A stretch of DNA of 64,000 bases from Bacteroidales bacterium (GCA_045130275.1 JBGUPL010000085.1:114-64113); one strand, 5' to 3'. Shown: positions 44,479 to 55,700, counted from the stretch's first letter. Numbers and translations are program-made. Notes: generated by a model from the sequence alone, not told the origin.

Positions 44479-47400
44479 TCACCTCGGGATCAATACTTTC
44501 TCCGTTTTCAATAGTTCTGTACCGCGAGTGACGCGTAGCAAATAAACGCCTCCACTCAAATCTCGAACATCCAAATGAACATCCTCGGAAAATTCGCCCT
44601 CCTTCAACAGCCTCCCTGCCATATCGAAAAGAGAATACTTTTTCAAAGTTGGACCTGATAGACCTTCAGTATTGATAACCAATCGTTTACCTGACATCAG
44701 AGCTACATTCACCATTTGCATGTTCGTCGGTTTCCCATTTGTTGCAGAAGGTGCCAGTTTGACCGTTTGGGGAGTTGAATACAGCCCTGCTCTGTTTTCA
44801 GCCACAACACTGAACACGATCATTTGATCTGACTGAACTGAGAAACAATGATTACATGTGCTTAGCAGTCCGTTATTTGTCCAACCCGCCAGTGAAGGAG
44901 ACGAAATCATCGCTGAATTATGGTAATAATACCGCAGGACACCCGATTGCATGTCTGATGACGGCAGCCACGATGCAGAGACCGACACTTCTTGTGACCC
45001 GTCAGGCAACATGACATTCACCGTATTCAATGTCAGCCCTGTAACCTGAGCGGGCGGTGTATAGTCCACCTTCAGGGACTTTTCAACCAAAGCAGATAGC
45101 TTATATGCCTTGTCCATCACAATGGACTTAAGCTTCGTCCTGCTTATGCAATTCACCGCCTGCTGCTGAATGTTACAGGTGTTCAACGAACCAACAGAAA
45201 TCGGGACTGTAGCGTTCCTAGAGCCGTAAACCCGCAAATTGTCGATTCCAACCGAGGCATTGCTTGTGACAAAACCGATATAGGAATTCGATGTTGTCGC
45301 CAAGACATTATCCACCGCACGTATGAGCCGATTCGCATGTCGGAGGACAACAATCTCTCCCGTCGAGCTATCATAGACAACCCGGCACAAATAGGCAGTC
45401 CCAAGTTGGAAATAGACCTGCTCGTTCACCTTGAGCAAACGTTTCGCCCCCAGAATCAGACGATATACGCTCACTGTATGGTTTACCCTGTCAAAACAGA
45501 CCTCATACCCCGAAAAAAGGGAAGTCAACGCCGGCGCATTTCCGCAATTAAAGAAGAACGAACACTTTTCGCCACCGTTAAATCGAAGATAAAAGTCAAA
45601 CAGGTAGGCGGTGTGCGCGGATCCGTTATAACGCGCCGCGACACCAGAATAATTCAGTGCCATATTACTTTGGCACAATTCACCGCCCTGCACCGTCCAC
45701 GTACCGGAACTGTTGTTCACCCAGACTGTTCCGTTCAAAACATTGTCAAAATTGTCACACAGGAACCCCTGATCATGATGAGCACTCCACGTCGAGCCGT
45801 CCGATTCCATTATCTGGTAGAAGCGCCATTTGAGCCCTTTGTCATCCGAATCGGTGAAATAGGCCGTGAAATTCCCCGTGATCCACTGGGCAGCGTCATT
45901 TTGGATGATTGTCTGAGGCATGGCGTTGTCCGTCACCGGTTCGCTTGGATCCGGTTCCCAATCGTTTATGATCTCGTCATCATCCTCTCCAGGATCATCA
46001 TCAGGATCATCATCTCCATCATCCGCCTGGTTTGCATTGCCGGTCACAGCCTGCCAAGTCGCATGCCAACCATCTGCAGTGGTGGCACAGTCTGAGCGAA
46101 ACTCAACCAAGAGATGTTCTCCTGAAGCTGCGACCCGCCCCGGAGACTGCGTGTTCCACCGCCCGATAAGGGGTGAAAAAAGACTTTCGCCATGGTATAT
46201 CCACATAAAGTCATAGTCAGCTTCCAGATTAAAACTTTGGAAGGTCAAGACAATGCTGTCCGCACCGGGCACGTGGATATGGAATAGTTTCCGCTCATCA
46301 TCCCCATAATTGCCATACAAACCGCCGGAATCCATGAAAACACCTGTTTCAGCCATGGAAGTTGTCATTACAGGATTGTCGTTGATGAGTTTATAGTACA
46401 AGTTCCAGTTCCAATACTGCCCAGGATCAGTATGCGTCTGACTCGGATAGTGTTGATGGCCACGGATTTGCGTACATGCCGTGGCTCCTCCCAAACTGTG
46501 GACCCCGTAGTTCAGAACCGTCCCGTTGTCCAGCGTGTCACGGTAGAACACCCTGTGAGGATTGATATTGGGGCGCCGTGAGCAGATGTTCTTCACCAGA
46601 TTGGCTGAAGACTGATACATGTTCATAGTGAAATATGAGTGGATGTCCCCGTAAGCTTCATGCTCGATGCCGATAGTGTAGCTGTTGGCAACCCCGACGT
46701 GCCAGGCCTTGTCTGCTTCACTGACCATCTGGGTGACCTGACCGTCAACAGAACGAATCACATAATGGGCGGACACTTTGGCACTGCAATTCTGAAACCA
46801 CGCGATAGCACCTGCGTATGTACCCTGGGTGTAGTGGATGGTGACCGACGAGATTGTCGTGCCTCCTCGTCCCGTCGTGTAATTGCAGGAGGCTGCAGGC
46901 ACTGGCACTGCATTGGGATAATCCGTAACGAAGAGGCTTGCCCGTTGAGACCGCGTCATGGGCACTTCCGTCCTTTCGCCCGTCAACCTCGAATAACCGT
47001 CGCCGAAAAGCCCTATAAAATCGATCTCGCGGTGAGGGGCCCCACAGCCAGCATACTCTTCCTTGTCAAGAAAGAAATAGATCATGTAGAGAAAACTGTT
47101 CATGGCAAAGTCGTCAACCCCGTCGTCCGGAAGGGGTAGTTCACACAACTCCGTGAAAATACGCTTGTACTTTTCCACTGAATCGCCGTAGAGAGCATAC
47201 TTGTCCTGCAACCGGGCGAAGGCACAGGCATAGGCCTTCACCGACGTGCCGGGCTGCCATAGTATCTCATCCAGAAGATACGGCGTCATCTCGGCCAGCA
47301 GGCGGGCGTTTTCCCTGAAGACCCCTTTTCCGTGCAGCGTCAGCCCCATCACCGAATAAACACAAGGCCTTTCCGAGGGATCCTTTTCAAGTGTGTCCAG

Positions 47401-47655
47401 TCGGATGTTCGGGGTAAAACGCGTGTACTGGAACGCCACTGCCTCCAAAACCCCTCGTGGAACCGTCGCATACTCCTGGTAGGCATCGTCAAACCATTGG
47501 CTGACTTCGTTATACTGCCTGTATAACACGGCATTGATTTGTTGATCATACTCCCACTTGTAGCGGGAAAAATCGTCCACCTGCTGAGCGGCCAAGACAA
47601 CAACCACCATCTGGAATAGCAGCATGGAAAACAGTAATTGTACTTTGTTTTTCAT
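44479..47655 (-). CDS. multidomain secreted peptidoglycan amidase (Amidase_2/PGRP) with CUB-like and lectin/LamG-like regions and T9SS type-A CTD
   Basis: ATG 47655 gives signal peptide MKNKVQLLFSMLLFQMVVVVLAAQQ. Amidase_2 region (ISSVTIHYTQGTYAGAIAWFQN...AHYVIRS...AWHVGVANSYTIGIEHE), acidic linker DDGDDDPDDDPGEDDDE, and C-terminal ...FDMAGRLL...LSGGVYLLRV...KVLIPR. Confidence 0.7.
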   Translation of the reverse strand: MKNKVQLLFSMLLFQMVVVVLAAQQVDDFSRYKWEYDQQINAVLYRQYNEVSQWFDDAYQEYATVPRGVLEAVAFQYTRFTPNIRLDTLEKDPSERPCVYSVMGLTLHGKGVFRENARLLAEMTPYLLDEILWQPGTSVKAYACAFARLQDKYALYGDSVEKYKRIFTELCELPLPDDGVDDFAMNSFLYMIYFFLDKEEYAGCGAPHREIDFIGLFGDGYSRLTGERTEVPMTRSQRASLFVTDYPNAVPVPAASCNYTTGRGGTTISSVTIHYTQGTYAGAIAWFQNCSAKVSAHYVIRSVDGQVTQMVSEADKAWHVGVANSYTIGIEHEAYGDIHSYFTMNMYQSSANLVKNICSRRPNINPHRVFYRDTLDNGTVLNYGVHSLGGATACTQIRGHQHYPSQTHTDPGQYWNWNLYYKLINDNPVMTTSMAETGVFMDSGGLYGNYGDDERKLFHIHVPGADSIVLTFQSFNLEADYDFMWIYHGESLFSPLIGRWNTQSPGRVAASGEHLLVEFRSDCATTADGWHATWQAVTGNANQADDGDDDPDDDPGEDDDEIINDWEPDPSEPVTDNAMPQTIIQNDAAQWITGNFTAYFTDSDDKGLKWRFYQIMESDGSTWSAHHDQGFLCDNFDNVLNGTVWVNNSSGTWTVQGGELCQSNMALNYSGVAARYNGSAHTAYLFDFYLRFNGGEKCSFFFNCGNAPALTSLFSGYEVCFDRVNHTVSVYRLILGAKRLLKVNEQVYFQLGTAYLCRVVYDSSTGEIVVLRHANRLIRAVDNVLATTSNSYIGFVTSNASVGIDNLRVYGSRNATVPISVGSLNTCNIQQQAVNCISRTKLKSIVMDKAYKLSALVEKSLKVDYTPPAQVTGLTLNTVNVMLPDGSQEVSVSASWLPSSDMQSGVLRYYYHNSAMISSPSLAGWTNNGLLSTCNHCFSVQSDQMIVFSVVAENRAGLYSTPQTVKLAPSATNGKPTNMQMVNVALMSGKRLVINTEGLSGPTLKKYSLFDMAGRLLKEGEFSEDVHLDVRDLSGGVYLLRVTRGTELLKTEKVLIPR

Positions 47656-47695
47656 TGTTAAATTGTTTAGGTTAATAATTTTGTTTTTGTCATGG

Positions 47696-47703
47696 CAAAA
47701 ATA
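47696..47703 (-). promoter_or_regulatory. -7 box TATTTTTG (minus strand)
   Basis: The plus strand reads CAAAAATA; 40 nt upstream of ATG 47655. Confidence 0.45.
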
Positions 47704-47958
47704 CAACAACAAAACGCCTTTGTCAATAGGCAAATACATTTTTAACAATAATTAACGGACTAAAATATCAACACGCATTAAAACAATAAATTAACCGAAT
47801 TCAAAATATTGAATTAGGCAATTTTTATGTTAAAATTATTTAATTTAAGAAGAATATGAAAGACGGAAGAAGCGGTGGGCAAAGGTGGGTTTGGAAAAAA
47901 GGAAGAAAATCTCCGACAATTTTTATAGAAATAACACGTTAGCTTATCTCAAAAATAT

Positions 47959-47966
47959 TATTTTTG
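47959..47966 (+). promoter_or_regulatory. -7 box TATTTTTG
   Basis: Exact TAnnTTTG 14 nt upstream of ATG 47981. Confidence 0.45.
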
Positions 47967-47980
47967 CAGGTTAAAATATT

Positions 47981-48550
47981 ATGGTTATGGAAGAGGAAAT
48001 CGAAAAATGCGTTTCCCTGCTTAAAGAGGGAAAAGTGATTTTGTATCCTACTGATACTGTGTGGGGTATCGGTTGTGATGCGACCTGCGAGGAGGCGCTG
48101 ACGCGTATCTACCGTATCAAGCAGCGCAATGAGAAGAAGAGCATGATCATCCTATTGGATTCTATCCAGCACCTGCCGATGTATGTGAAGAAAATCCCGC
48201 TGATTGCGTGGGATTTGCTGGCTCATGTCACCCGCCCCACCACTTTCATCTACCAAACCGCCTACAATCTGCCCGAAAAATTAATCCACGAAGACGGCAC
48301 CATTGCCATCCGCATCGTACAGAATGACTTTTGCCGCAAAGTGATACGCGCCCTCGGGCATCCGCTGATTTCCACTTCCGCCAACATCGCCGGAGAGCCC
48401 ACGCCGCAAACCTTTGACAAGATTTCGCAAGCGGTCATCAGCCAAATGGATTATGTAGTCTCCCCAGACCAATCCACCTCCGTGGAGTTCAAGCCCTCCC
48501 GCCTCATCAAATTCCTTGACGATTACAATTTCACCATCATCCGCGACTGA
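47981..48550 (+). CDS. tsaC: L-threonylcarbamoyladenylate synthase (YrdC/TsaC type)
   Basis: YrdC fold motifs ILYPTDTVWGIGCDA and LISTSANIAGEP, 189 aa. Confidence 0.8.
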   Translation: MVMEEEIEKCVSLLKEGKVILYPTDTVWGIGCDATCEEALTRIYRIKQRNEKKSMIILLDSIQHLPMYVKKIPLIAWDLLAHVTRPTTFIYQTAYNLPEKLIHEDGTIAIRIVQNDFCRKVIRALGHPLISTSANIAGEPTPQTFDKISQAVISQMDYVVSPDQSTSVEFKPSRLIKFLDDYNFTIIRD

Positions 48551-48552
48551 CC

Positions 48553-49017
48553 ATGGAAAAAACCGCTGTGTACGCCGGCTCGTTCTGTCCTTTCACAAAG
48601 GGTCACGAAGACATTGTGCGACAAGCACTTCCGCTCTTCGACAAGATCATCATAGCCATCGGGCAGAACCCCGACAAGAAGGATCTTTTCGATGAATCCC
48701 AACGCAAAGGCTGGATCCAGGGAATTTACGATGGAAACCCGAAAATCCACATCGTCTCCTACAGCGGGCTCACCATTGACCTATGCCGGCATCATGGCGC
48801 GCAGTACCTTCTCCGCGGGGTTCGCAACGCCAAAGACTTCGCCGCCGAACAGGAGCTCGCCGAAGCCAACAAACGCCTCGCCCCTGAAATCAACACCGTA
48901 CTCCTCTTGGCCTCTCCGGAATGGCGTATGGTCTCCTCCTCCATGGTTCGTGAACTTTGGCGGTTCGGGAGCGACTACCGTCCTTTCTTGTCCTACGAAC
49001 TACCAGAACACCCGTAA
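48553..49017 (+). CDS. coaD: pantetheine-phosphate adenylyltransferase
   Basis: AVYAGSFCPFTKGHEDIV (T/HxGH) and ISSSMVRE-like SSSMVREL motif, 154 aa. Confidence 0.9.
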   Translation: MEKTAVYAGSFCPFTKGHEDIVRQALPLFDKIIIAIGQNPDKKDLFDESQRKGWIQGIYDGNPKIHIVSYSGLTIDLCRHHGAQYLLRGVRNAKDFAAEQELAEANKRLAPEINTVLLLASPEWRMVSSSMVRELWRFGSDYRPFLSYELPEHP

Positions 49018-49020
49018 TCC

Positions 49021-50472
49021 ATGTCCAAACTTCACCGTCTTGTTCTCGCACTGGTTTGCCTGCTGACCGCCCTGTCCGCACGGCCTCAGTCGTCCGTAAC
49101 CATCACCGGCACAGCACCTTTCGCTGCTGGAGAAGAAGTGCGGCTGTTGGTCTTCCACGACCTGCTAAACGGAATCGCCGAAGTCGCAGCAACCGACATC
49201 ATCGACAAGCACGGCCGTTTCTCCTTGAAATACAGCACCAACGACATCCTGCTCGCGCAACTGGCCATCCGCACCTCCAAGGCTGAATTCCTCATCGTGC
49301 CGGCGAACAGCTACAACTTCACCATTTCGGTTGACAGCGCACTTTTCCAGCGGATAAACCCCGAAAAATATGGAGGTTATCTTCACATAGAAAGTGACCG
49401 CCGCGACACCGCCGACCTTAACTACAAAATCAACCGTTTCTCTCAATTCTTCAACAGCGTTGTCAGCGCCTACAATTATCCGATGATATACGGATCCGAC
49501 GTGAACATTTTCGACACAGTGCGTTCCATCATCTCAGAACAATATGATTTCCAGTACATTCCGACCAATTTCTATCAAGCATACGGTTTCTACACATTAG
49601 GAGAAATCGACATGCTGCAAATGAACAAACGGCCGATACAACTCTATCAGAAATACTTCGACAACGACTACATTCTGTACAACAATCCGGCATACATGTC
49701 GCTTTTCAACCAGTTCTACGAGGGTTACCTGTACTACTCGCCCTATATCACCAAAGAATCACTCGACCGAAACATCAACGAAACGCCCGACTACCCCGCC
49801 CTTTTCAACGAAGTGGGCCGCGACCCGAAGCTCGCCAACGCGCGCTTGCGTGAACTGGTGATAATCAAGAACCTGATTGAATTCATCGACAACGAGGAAT
49901 TCGATCGCACCAACGTCATCAAGGTTTTGGAATACATCCGGCAGACCACCTCGTTTGAGAAACACGCCGAGCTGATAACCAGTTCGCTCAACATGCTCAA
50001 GAAACGCCAGGAAATGCCCACTGAGCTCACTTTTATGAACGAAAAAGGGAAGAAAGTCACCCTTAAACAATATGAAGGGAAGCCCGTCTATTTACAGGTA
50101 TTTGAGACAGACTGTATCAGTTGCATCCGGGAAATGATGATAATCAAAGAGTTATATAACAAATACAATGACAAAGTCCAGTTTGTAAGTCTTTGTGTGG
50201 ACATGGGGAAGGAGCGTTATCTGGAGTTTGTGAAACGGTTCGGCGAACAGTTCGATTGGCCCATACTCTATTTCAACGACCAGTACGACTGGCTTTCGGA
50301 GAACGGTGTGGAGACCTTGCCCGACCATCTTTTTTTCGACGGGAAAGGTCGTCTGTCGATGCGATTCCCGCCCGCCCCTGAACACGGTTTGCCCGAATTC
50401 ATGCAAATGCGTTTCTCCGGCGAACAGGAGGAGGATCAGAATCCACTTTTTTACAACAGAAACAAACAATAA
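49021..50472 (+). CDS. secreted protein with C-terminal thioredoxin-like (TlpA/redoxin-type) domain, atypical CISC motif
   Basis: Signal peptide. The N-terminal ~330 aa has no fold I recognise. C-terminal KPVYLQVFETDCISCIREM...VQFVSLCVD resembles a redoxin fold. Confidence 0.5.
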   Translation: MSKLHRLVLALVCLLTALSARPQSSVTITGTAPFAAGEEVRLLVFHDLLNGIAEVAATDIIDKHGRFSLKYSTNDILLAQLAIRTSKAEFLIVPANSYNFTISVDSALFQRINPEKYGGYLHIESDRRDTADLNYKINRFSQFFNSVVSAYNYPMIYGSDVNIFDTVRSIISEQYDFQYIPTNFYQAYGFYTLGEIDMLQMNKRPIQLYQKYFDNDYILYNNPAYMSLFNQFYEGYLYYSPYITKESLDRNINETPDYPALFNEVGRDPKLANARLRELVIIKNLIEFIDNEEFDRTNVIKVLEYIRQTTSFEKHAELITSSLNMLKKRQEMPTELTFMNEKGKKVTLKQYEGKPVYLQVFETDCISCIREMMIIKELYNKYNDKVQFVSLCVDMGKERYLEFVKRFGEQFDWPILYFNDQYDWLSENGVETLPDHLFFDGKGRLSMRFPPAPEHGLPEFMQMRFSGEQEEDQNPLFYNRNKQ

Positions 50473-50484
50473 AACGTAATCAAT

Positions 50485-50997
50485 ATGAAAAAGAATTTCA
50501 TCTTCATTCTCTGTATGATATTGAGCATCAATATTTTTGCTCAAGAGGCAAAAGACAAGCACCTTGCCAAGCTCCCCGCTGTGGAGATTCAGGATTTGAA
50601 CGGCAACGCATTCAACACCAAAGACATCCAGAACGACGGGAAACCGGTGATTGTGAGTTTGTGGGCGACATGGTGCAAACCCTGCATTGCCGAGCTGTTA
50701 GCCATCGCCGACGAATACGAGGACTGGGTGGAGGAGACTGGCGTGAAACTCTATGCCATCTCCATTGACGATGCCAAGACCTCCGCGCGCGTCGCGCCGT
50801 TTGTGAAGGGCAAGAACTGGGACTACACGGTGCTGTTGGATGTCAACTCCGACTTCAAACGCGCCATGAACGTCAACGATGTGCCATTCATGTGCATCCT
50901 GAACGGCGACGGCGAGATCGTGTGGCAGCACACATCCTACGCGCCGGGCAGCGAAGAAGAAGTGTATGAGATCATCAAATCCCTGGTCAAAAAATAG
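50485..50997 (+). CDS. TlpA-family thiol:disulfide oxidoreductase
   Basis: Signal peptide, WATWCKPC active site, 170 aa. Confidence 0.8.
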   Translation: MKKNFIFILCMILSINIFAQEAKDKHLAKLPAVEIQDLNGNAFNTKDIQNDGKPVIVSLWATWCKPCIAELLAIADEYEDWVEETGVKLYAISIDDAKTSARVAPFVKGKNWDYTVLLDVNSDFKRAMNVNDVPFMCILNGDGEIVWQHTSYAPGSEEEVYEIIKSLVKK

Positions 50998-51018
50998 TAT
51001 TCACTCTAACATAACTTT

Positions 51019-52749
51019 ATGATTTTCAATTCTATAAAGCGATTATTTTTAGCTTCCGGCCTGCTATTGTGCTGTCTTTGCGCCAACGCGCAGCACCAAA
51101 TAGGCAACGGCCGAATCAGCGGAGACTTCGGATTCAACGGCATGTATTACATACCGGATTCCATCATCGGCGCCGAGCCGGTGGACTCCAAGGTCCGCGG
51201 CAATGCCTTCCTTAATATATTATACAGCAACGGTGGCTTTTCCGCCGGTGCCAGATACGAATTCTACCAATTCCCGCTCATCGACTTCGAGAAGATCGGT
51301 TATAAAGGGCAAGGCATCAAATATTTTTTCGCCGATTACACTAACAAGTTCATTTCGGTGACGGCAGGCAATTATTACGAACAGTTCGGTAACGGTCTGA
51401 CCCTTCGCGCCTACGAAGACCGTCAGCTCGGCATCGACAACAGCCTGTTGGGTGCGCGCATAAAACTCACCCCCTATAAGGGCATCTACCTCAAAGGCAT
51501 CTGGGGCATGGAGCGCCGCAACTTCGACTCTTACCTTGACCGCAACGATTTCGTGAGCGGTGGCGATTTGGAACTCTCCTTCGGCGAGATGTTCCCCGTG
51601 ATCCAAGAGAAAGGCTTCACCGCACGTGTGGGCGCAAGCTTTGTAAGCCGATACTGCGAGTCTGAACAAAGCTTATACTTCACCATCCACGCCGGAACAG
51701 ATTCGGCCATGCAAGCCGTCATCCCTCTGGACAAATGGCCCAAAAATGTAGCCACATGGTCAACACGGATGACGTTCGGTTACAAAGACTTCCGTTTGGA
51801 CGGCGAATATGCGCGGAAAATCAACGACCCGAACATCAGCAACGAGTTCATCTACAAACCTGGCGAATCGCTCTTCTTGTCAGCGACTTACGCTCGAAAA
51901 GGACTGGGAATCGCCGCCTCGTTCATCCGCGCCGACAATATGGAGTTCCGCTCGCAGCAGTTTGAGAACAGCAACTCGCTGCTCATGATCAACTGTATCC
52001 CGGCCATCAACCGACAGTATTCCTACCAACTTATCGGCGACTACAGCTATGCCAGCCAACCCAACAGCCAAATCGGGGCGCAGTTGCAAGTCAACTACCA
52101 GATCCCCAAGAAATCTGTCCTCGGCGGCAAATACGGCACCGACCTGACCTTTAATTACTCGCGGTTCCACGACATCGACAAACAGCTTGTGCCTGAAGCG
52201 ATTGAAAACGACATCATAGTCGGTACCGAGGGCTATACCTCCTCCTTCTTCAAATTCGGCCCGAACTTGCTCTACCAAGACATCGGTCTGGAGATCAGCC
52301 ACCGCTTCAACAACAAAAAGTGGAAATGGATTCTGGCATACAACTATATCACCTACAATCTGGAAATCCTGCAAGGCCATGCCGGCATGATGCGCGGCCA
52401 TTTAGTGGCCTCCGACCTTTCATACAAGATCACACCGAAGCACGCGCTGCGCCTCGAGCTCCAGCACTTTTACACGAAGGATGATGACGGTAGCAGCATA
52501 TACGGTATGTTGGAATACTCCTTCAGCCCGAACTGGTTTGTTTCCATCGGCGACGACTGGAACTACGGCAACCCGCTGGAGGGACACAAGACGCACTACT
52601 ACAACATCTCCTGCGCCTATGTGTGGAACACCACTCGCATAGCATTGAACTTCGGCAAAACCAAAGAGGGCATCCTCTGCGTGGGCGGCGTCTGCCGTGC
52701 GGTGCCTGCCTCGTTCGGTGCCGGATTGTCGGTCACGACATCCTTCTAA
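51019..52749 (+). CDS. DUF6029-like predicted outer-membrane beta-barrel protein
   Basis: Signal peptide; N-terminal GRISGDFGFNGMYY... and a long alternating beta pattern; C-terminal GAGLSVTTSF. Family name from memory. Confidence 0.55.
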   Translation: MIFNSIKRLFLASGLLLCCLCANAQHQIGNGRISGDFGFNGMYYIPDSIIGAEPVDSKVRGNAFLNILYSNGGFSAGARYEFYQFPLIDFEKIGYKGQGIKYFFADYTNKFISVTAGNYYEQFGNGLTLRAYEDRQLGIDNSLLGARIKLTPYKGIYLKGIWGMERRNFDSYLDRNDFVSGGDLELSFGEMFPVIQEKGFTARVGASFVSRYCESEQSLYFTIHAGTDSAMQAVIPLDKWPKNVATWSTRMTFGYKDFRLDGEYARKINDPNISNEFIYKPGESLFLSATYARKGLGIAASFIRADNMEFRSQQFENSNSLLMINCIPAINRQYSYQLIGDYSYASQPNSQIGAQLQVNYQIPKKSVLGGKYGTDLTFNYSRFHDIDKQLVPEAIENDIIVGTEGYTSSFFKFGPNLLYQDIGLEISHRFNNKKWKWILAYNYITYNLEILQGHAGMMRGHLVASDLSYKITPKHALRLELQHFYTKDDDGSSIYGMLEYSFSPNWFVSIGDDWNYGNPLEGHKTHYYNISCAYVWNTTRIALNFGKTKEGILCVGGVCRAVPASFGAGLSVTTSF

Positions 52750-52758
52750 TGCTACCGC

Positions 52759-55700
52759 CTAACCGTTCAGACGGTAATAGTTTTGATATTTCAGGAAATA
52801 ACGCCAATATCCGGGAGTCTCTAATTGCTCCCGGATTTTTTCATAATGGCTTATGTAATACTGCCGCATTTGCTTGGTGACCAGGCGGTCTTTCTCGCTT
52901 TCAGTGTCGGCAGTAACATTTTCGTAAGGACGGCAACGTTCCGCCACCTCCAAACACATTTCCCCTTCGCGGAGCATCAGTTCATCCTTGGGGAGCACAT
53001 GGCCGGTCCCGTGGAGGAACACCGGCAGAATGTCGGCGCCCAGTTCACGCGCCAACACAAACGCGCCCTTGTGGAAACGCAGAATCTCGCACTGAGGCGA
53101 ACGCGTGCCTTCCGGAAAGATACAGATGGAATAGCCTCTATTGTAGAGATCGCGCAACCGCGGCATATTCTGGTCCATGCCATCGCTTGCAGGATAACAC
53201 TCCGCTTTACGGATCACCAATCCGTAGAAAGGATTCCGCCACACCCAGTCGTTCGTCATAAACACGATTTTGGGAGTGAGCGCCATCATGCAGACCAGAT
53301 CAAAGTGGCTTTGATGGTTGGCGACAATCACCGCGGGCTTGTCGAAAGTCTCCGACGAGAGATTTTCCATTCGGAAACGTATTCCTGGGAGATGTTTCAA
53401 ATAGAAAACGGCCATACGGTGCAACATCGTGTGGTATTTCAACTTTTTGGCCTCTGAATTCTTCCCGAGCAGGAAATAGACGGCAGTGAAAGGGATCAGC
53501 CAGAGGAACAGCAAGAGAAAACAAAAACCGAGAAAAATAGTATTTACCAGGCGTCTAAGGGTGATTGGGGTCTCCCTGGGCTGACCGTTCTTCTTCGTCA
53601 GCCAATCAAAGACGACAGGCGGCAGGAACGATGACATCATCACCACCGTGGCCATACCGATGATGGTGACCAACGCCAGCGAACGCAACGCAGGATGTTT
53701 AGCCACAATCAGACAGCCAATACCGGCAAACATGATCAGCGCAGAGATGACCACGCTGTGTTTATACGATGCCAGTCGCGGCTTGCCCGTCGTATATTCA
53801 TACAGAAGTCCCTCAGTGATAAAAATGGTATAGTCATCACCTTGTCCAAAAATAAAGGTTGCCAAGATAATATTCACAATATTAAATTGAATACCGGTCA
53901 GATGCATCAGTCCCAAAATCCAAATCCAACCTACAGCCAAAGGAAGGAATGCCAACAGGGCAAGCTCTAAGCGGCGGAAAGAGACCAGCAGAAAGACAAA
54001 CACCACCAAACTGCATACCAACCCAATATAATTGAAAGAGTCACGCAACATATCCACAAGTTGCTGTCCAACATCGCTGCCAGAAAAGACGAAAGCCGTT
54101 TCATCACCATCCAGCAGTTCATGAACCGCTTTCTGATCATCTGTTTTCACATAACTGATAATACGATAGCCTTTGTCTCCAACAGGATAGATATATTTGT
54201 TAGTAAAGGGCTCTACAATATCGTTAAATTCTTGTATATCAGGTATTTCACACGGTTCAGCAACCATTGAGAAAAACGGTTGGAAAGCCTCTTCCGAAAA
54301 GCCATGAGCTGAAGCGGCTTGCTGGAATTCGCGCAGGAAAGCCTTGCGACTCTCTTCCTGCCAAAAAGCATTCCACCTTGCGGCAGCCTCCTCGCAGCGT
54401 CTCCTCGAAGGAAGCATCTCCCCCACCCCGCTTACGGAAGCGACGGCATCACAACCGCGGAGTATAGTCATCATCGAATCATGACGGTCAACCGCTTCCT
54501 GCAAAGAGGCGCCCTCTGTCACCGCATACATCATATCGGAAGACTGCAGACTCGACAGGACTTGTGCATTCTCCCGTTGCGATGGAGTCATATAGTTGAT
54601 ATTCGACAAATCGCTGTCGAAGGAAGTCTTGGTGGAAAAATAGCCCAAAATCACTGTGATGACCAACCCGACAAGCAAAATCCAGGGAGAAGCTTTCGTG
54701 CGCGAAAGGTGCAAGCCTGCCCATCGGCCGAAAAGACGGTGTTCGGACGGGGAGGGACGGCGCCGCATCAGCTGAGGCAGGAAAACCAGCACAAACAGGA
54801 TGGTTCCCAACAGCATCAATGACGCAAAAAGGCCGAGATCCTGCATGGCACGGGCATCGAGCCAGAGCAGGCAGAAAAAGGCGGCCACAGTGGTCAGATT
54901 GCCGATAAAGAGCGGCATAACCATCTCGCGCAGCGCCTCGCGACGATTCCCGACCTCCTTGTACTGGTCAAGGAAATGAAGCGGATAATTAGCCACAATA
55001 CCGATGATCACGGATCCAATTCCGAGAACGATAACGGAGACCCCACCACGGATCAGATATAGGCCGGCCAGCGAAAACAGAGCTCCGAAAAGGATGGAAG
55101 CGCCTACCCAAAGAATATCGGAGATGCGACGATAATGAAGCAACAGGATCAACAGAATCAACACGATCGCGATGGACACGGCAAGGATGGAGTCGCGCTT
55201 GATCTGGTTCGCATTGGATGCGGAGATCAACGGCGCCCCTATGGCCGCAACCGCGACACCAGGGCACTCCGACTGCACTTCCGCCATCAATGAATCCAAA
55301 TGCTTAGACAACTGGCCATTATGGAAACTCTCATTCGCTCCATACGGGGAGTCGAACGTCAATATCCCGTGTTTCCCGTCACTTGTAAACAAATATCCGT
55401 CAACTACTTGCAAAGCGTCGTTCAGTTTCAGGGAATGCAGCCGCTCCAATGTCGGGGAGAAGAGTTGCAGCGGATCGCTCGGGAGGGTGCGCATAAACAC
55501 GCCCGAAGTGGGGAACATCAGCATCTGCTTGTCGGACTTCAACCGCTCGTGGATGATATCCGGCGTTTTTATCAGAGAATCAATTCTTTGGTAGTCAGAT
55601 TCTTCAAGGAGGTACGGCAAGTGAGCATATACAGCGTCCATCAAGTCGAAGACTTGGGTTTCATCCACCGTCACGGTCAGATTCTCCACCAAGCCACTCT

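Noticed and set aside
47856-47942. 28-codon purine-rich ORF (MKDGRSGGQRWVWKKGRKSPTIFIEITR) in the 325-bp amidase/tsaC intergenic region
   Set aside because: No promoter box, no signal or fold features, and it runs to within ~17 nt of the tsaC -7 box (47959). Probably fortuitous.
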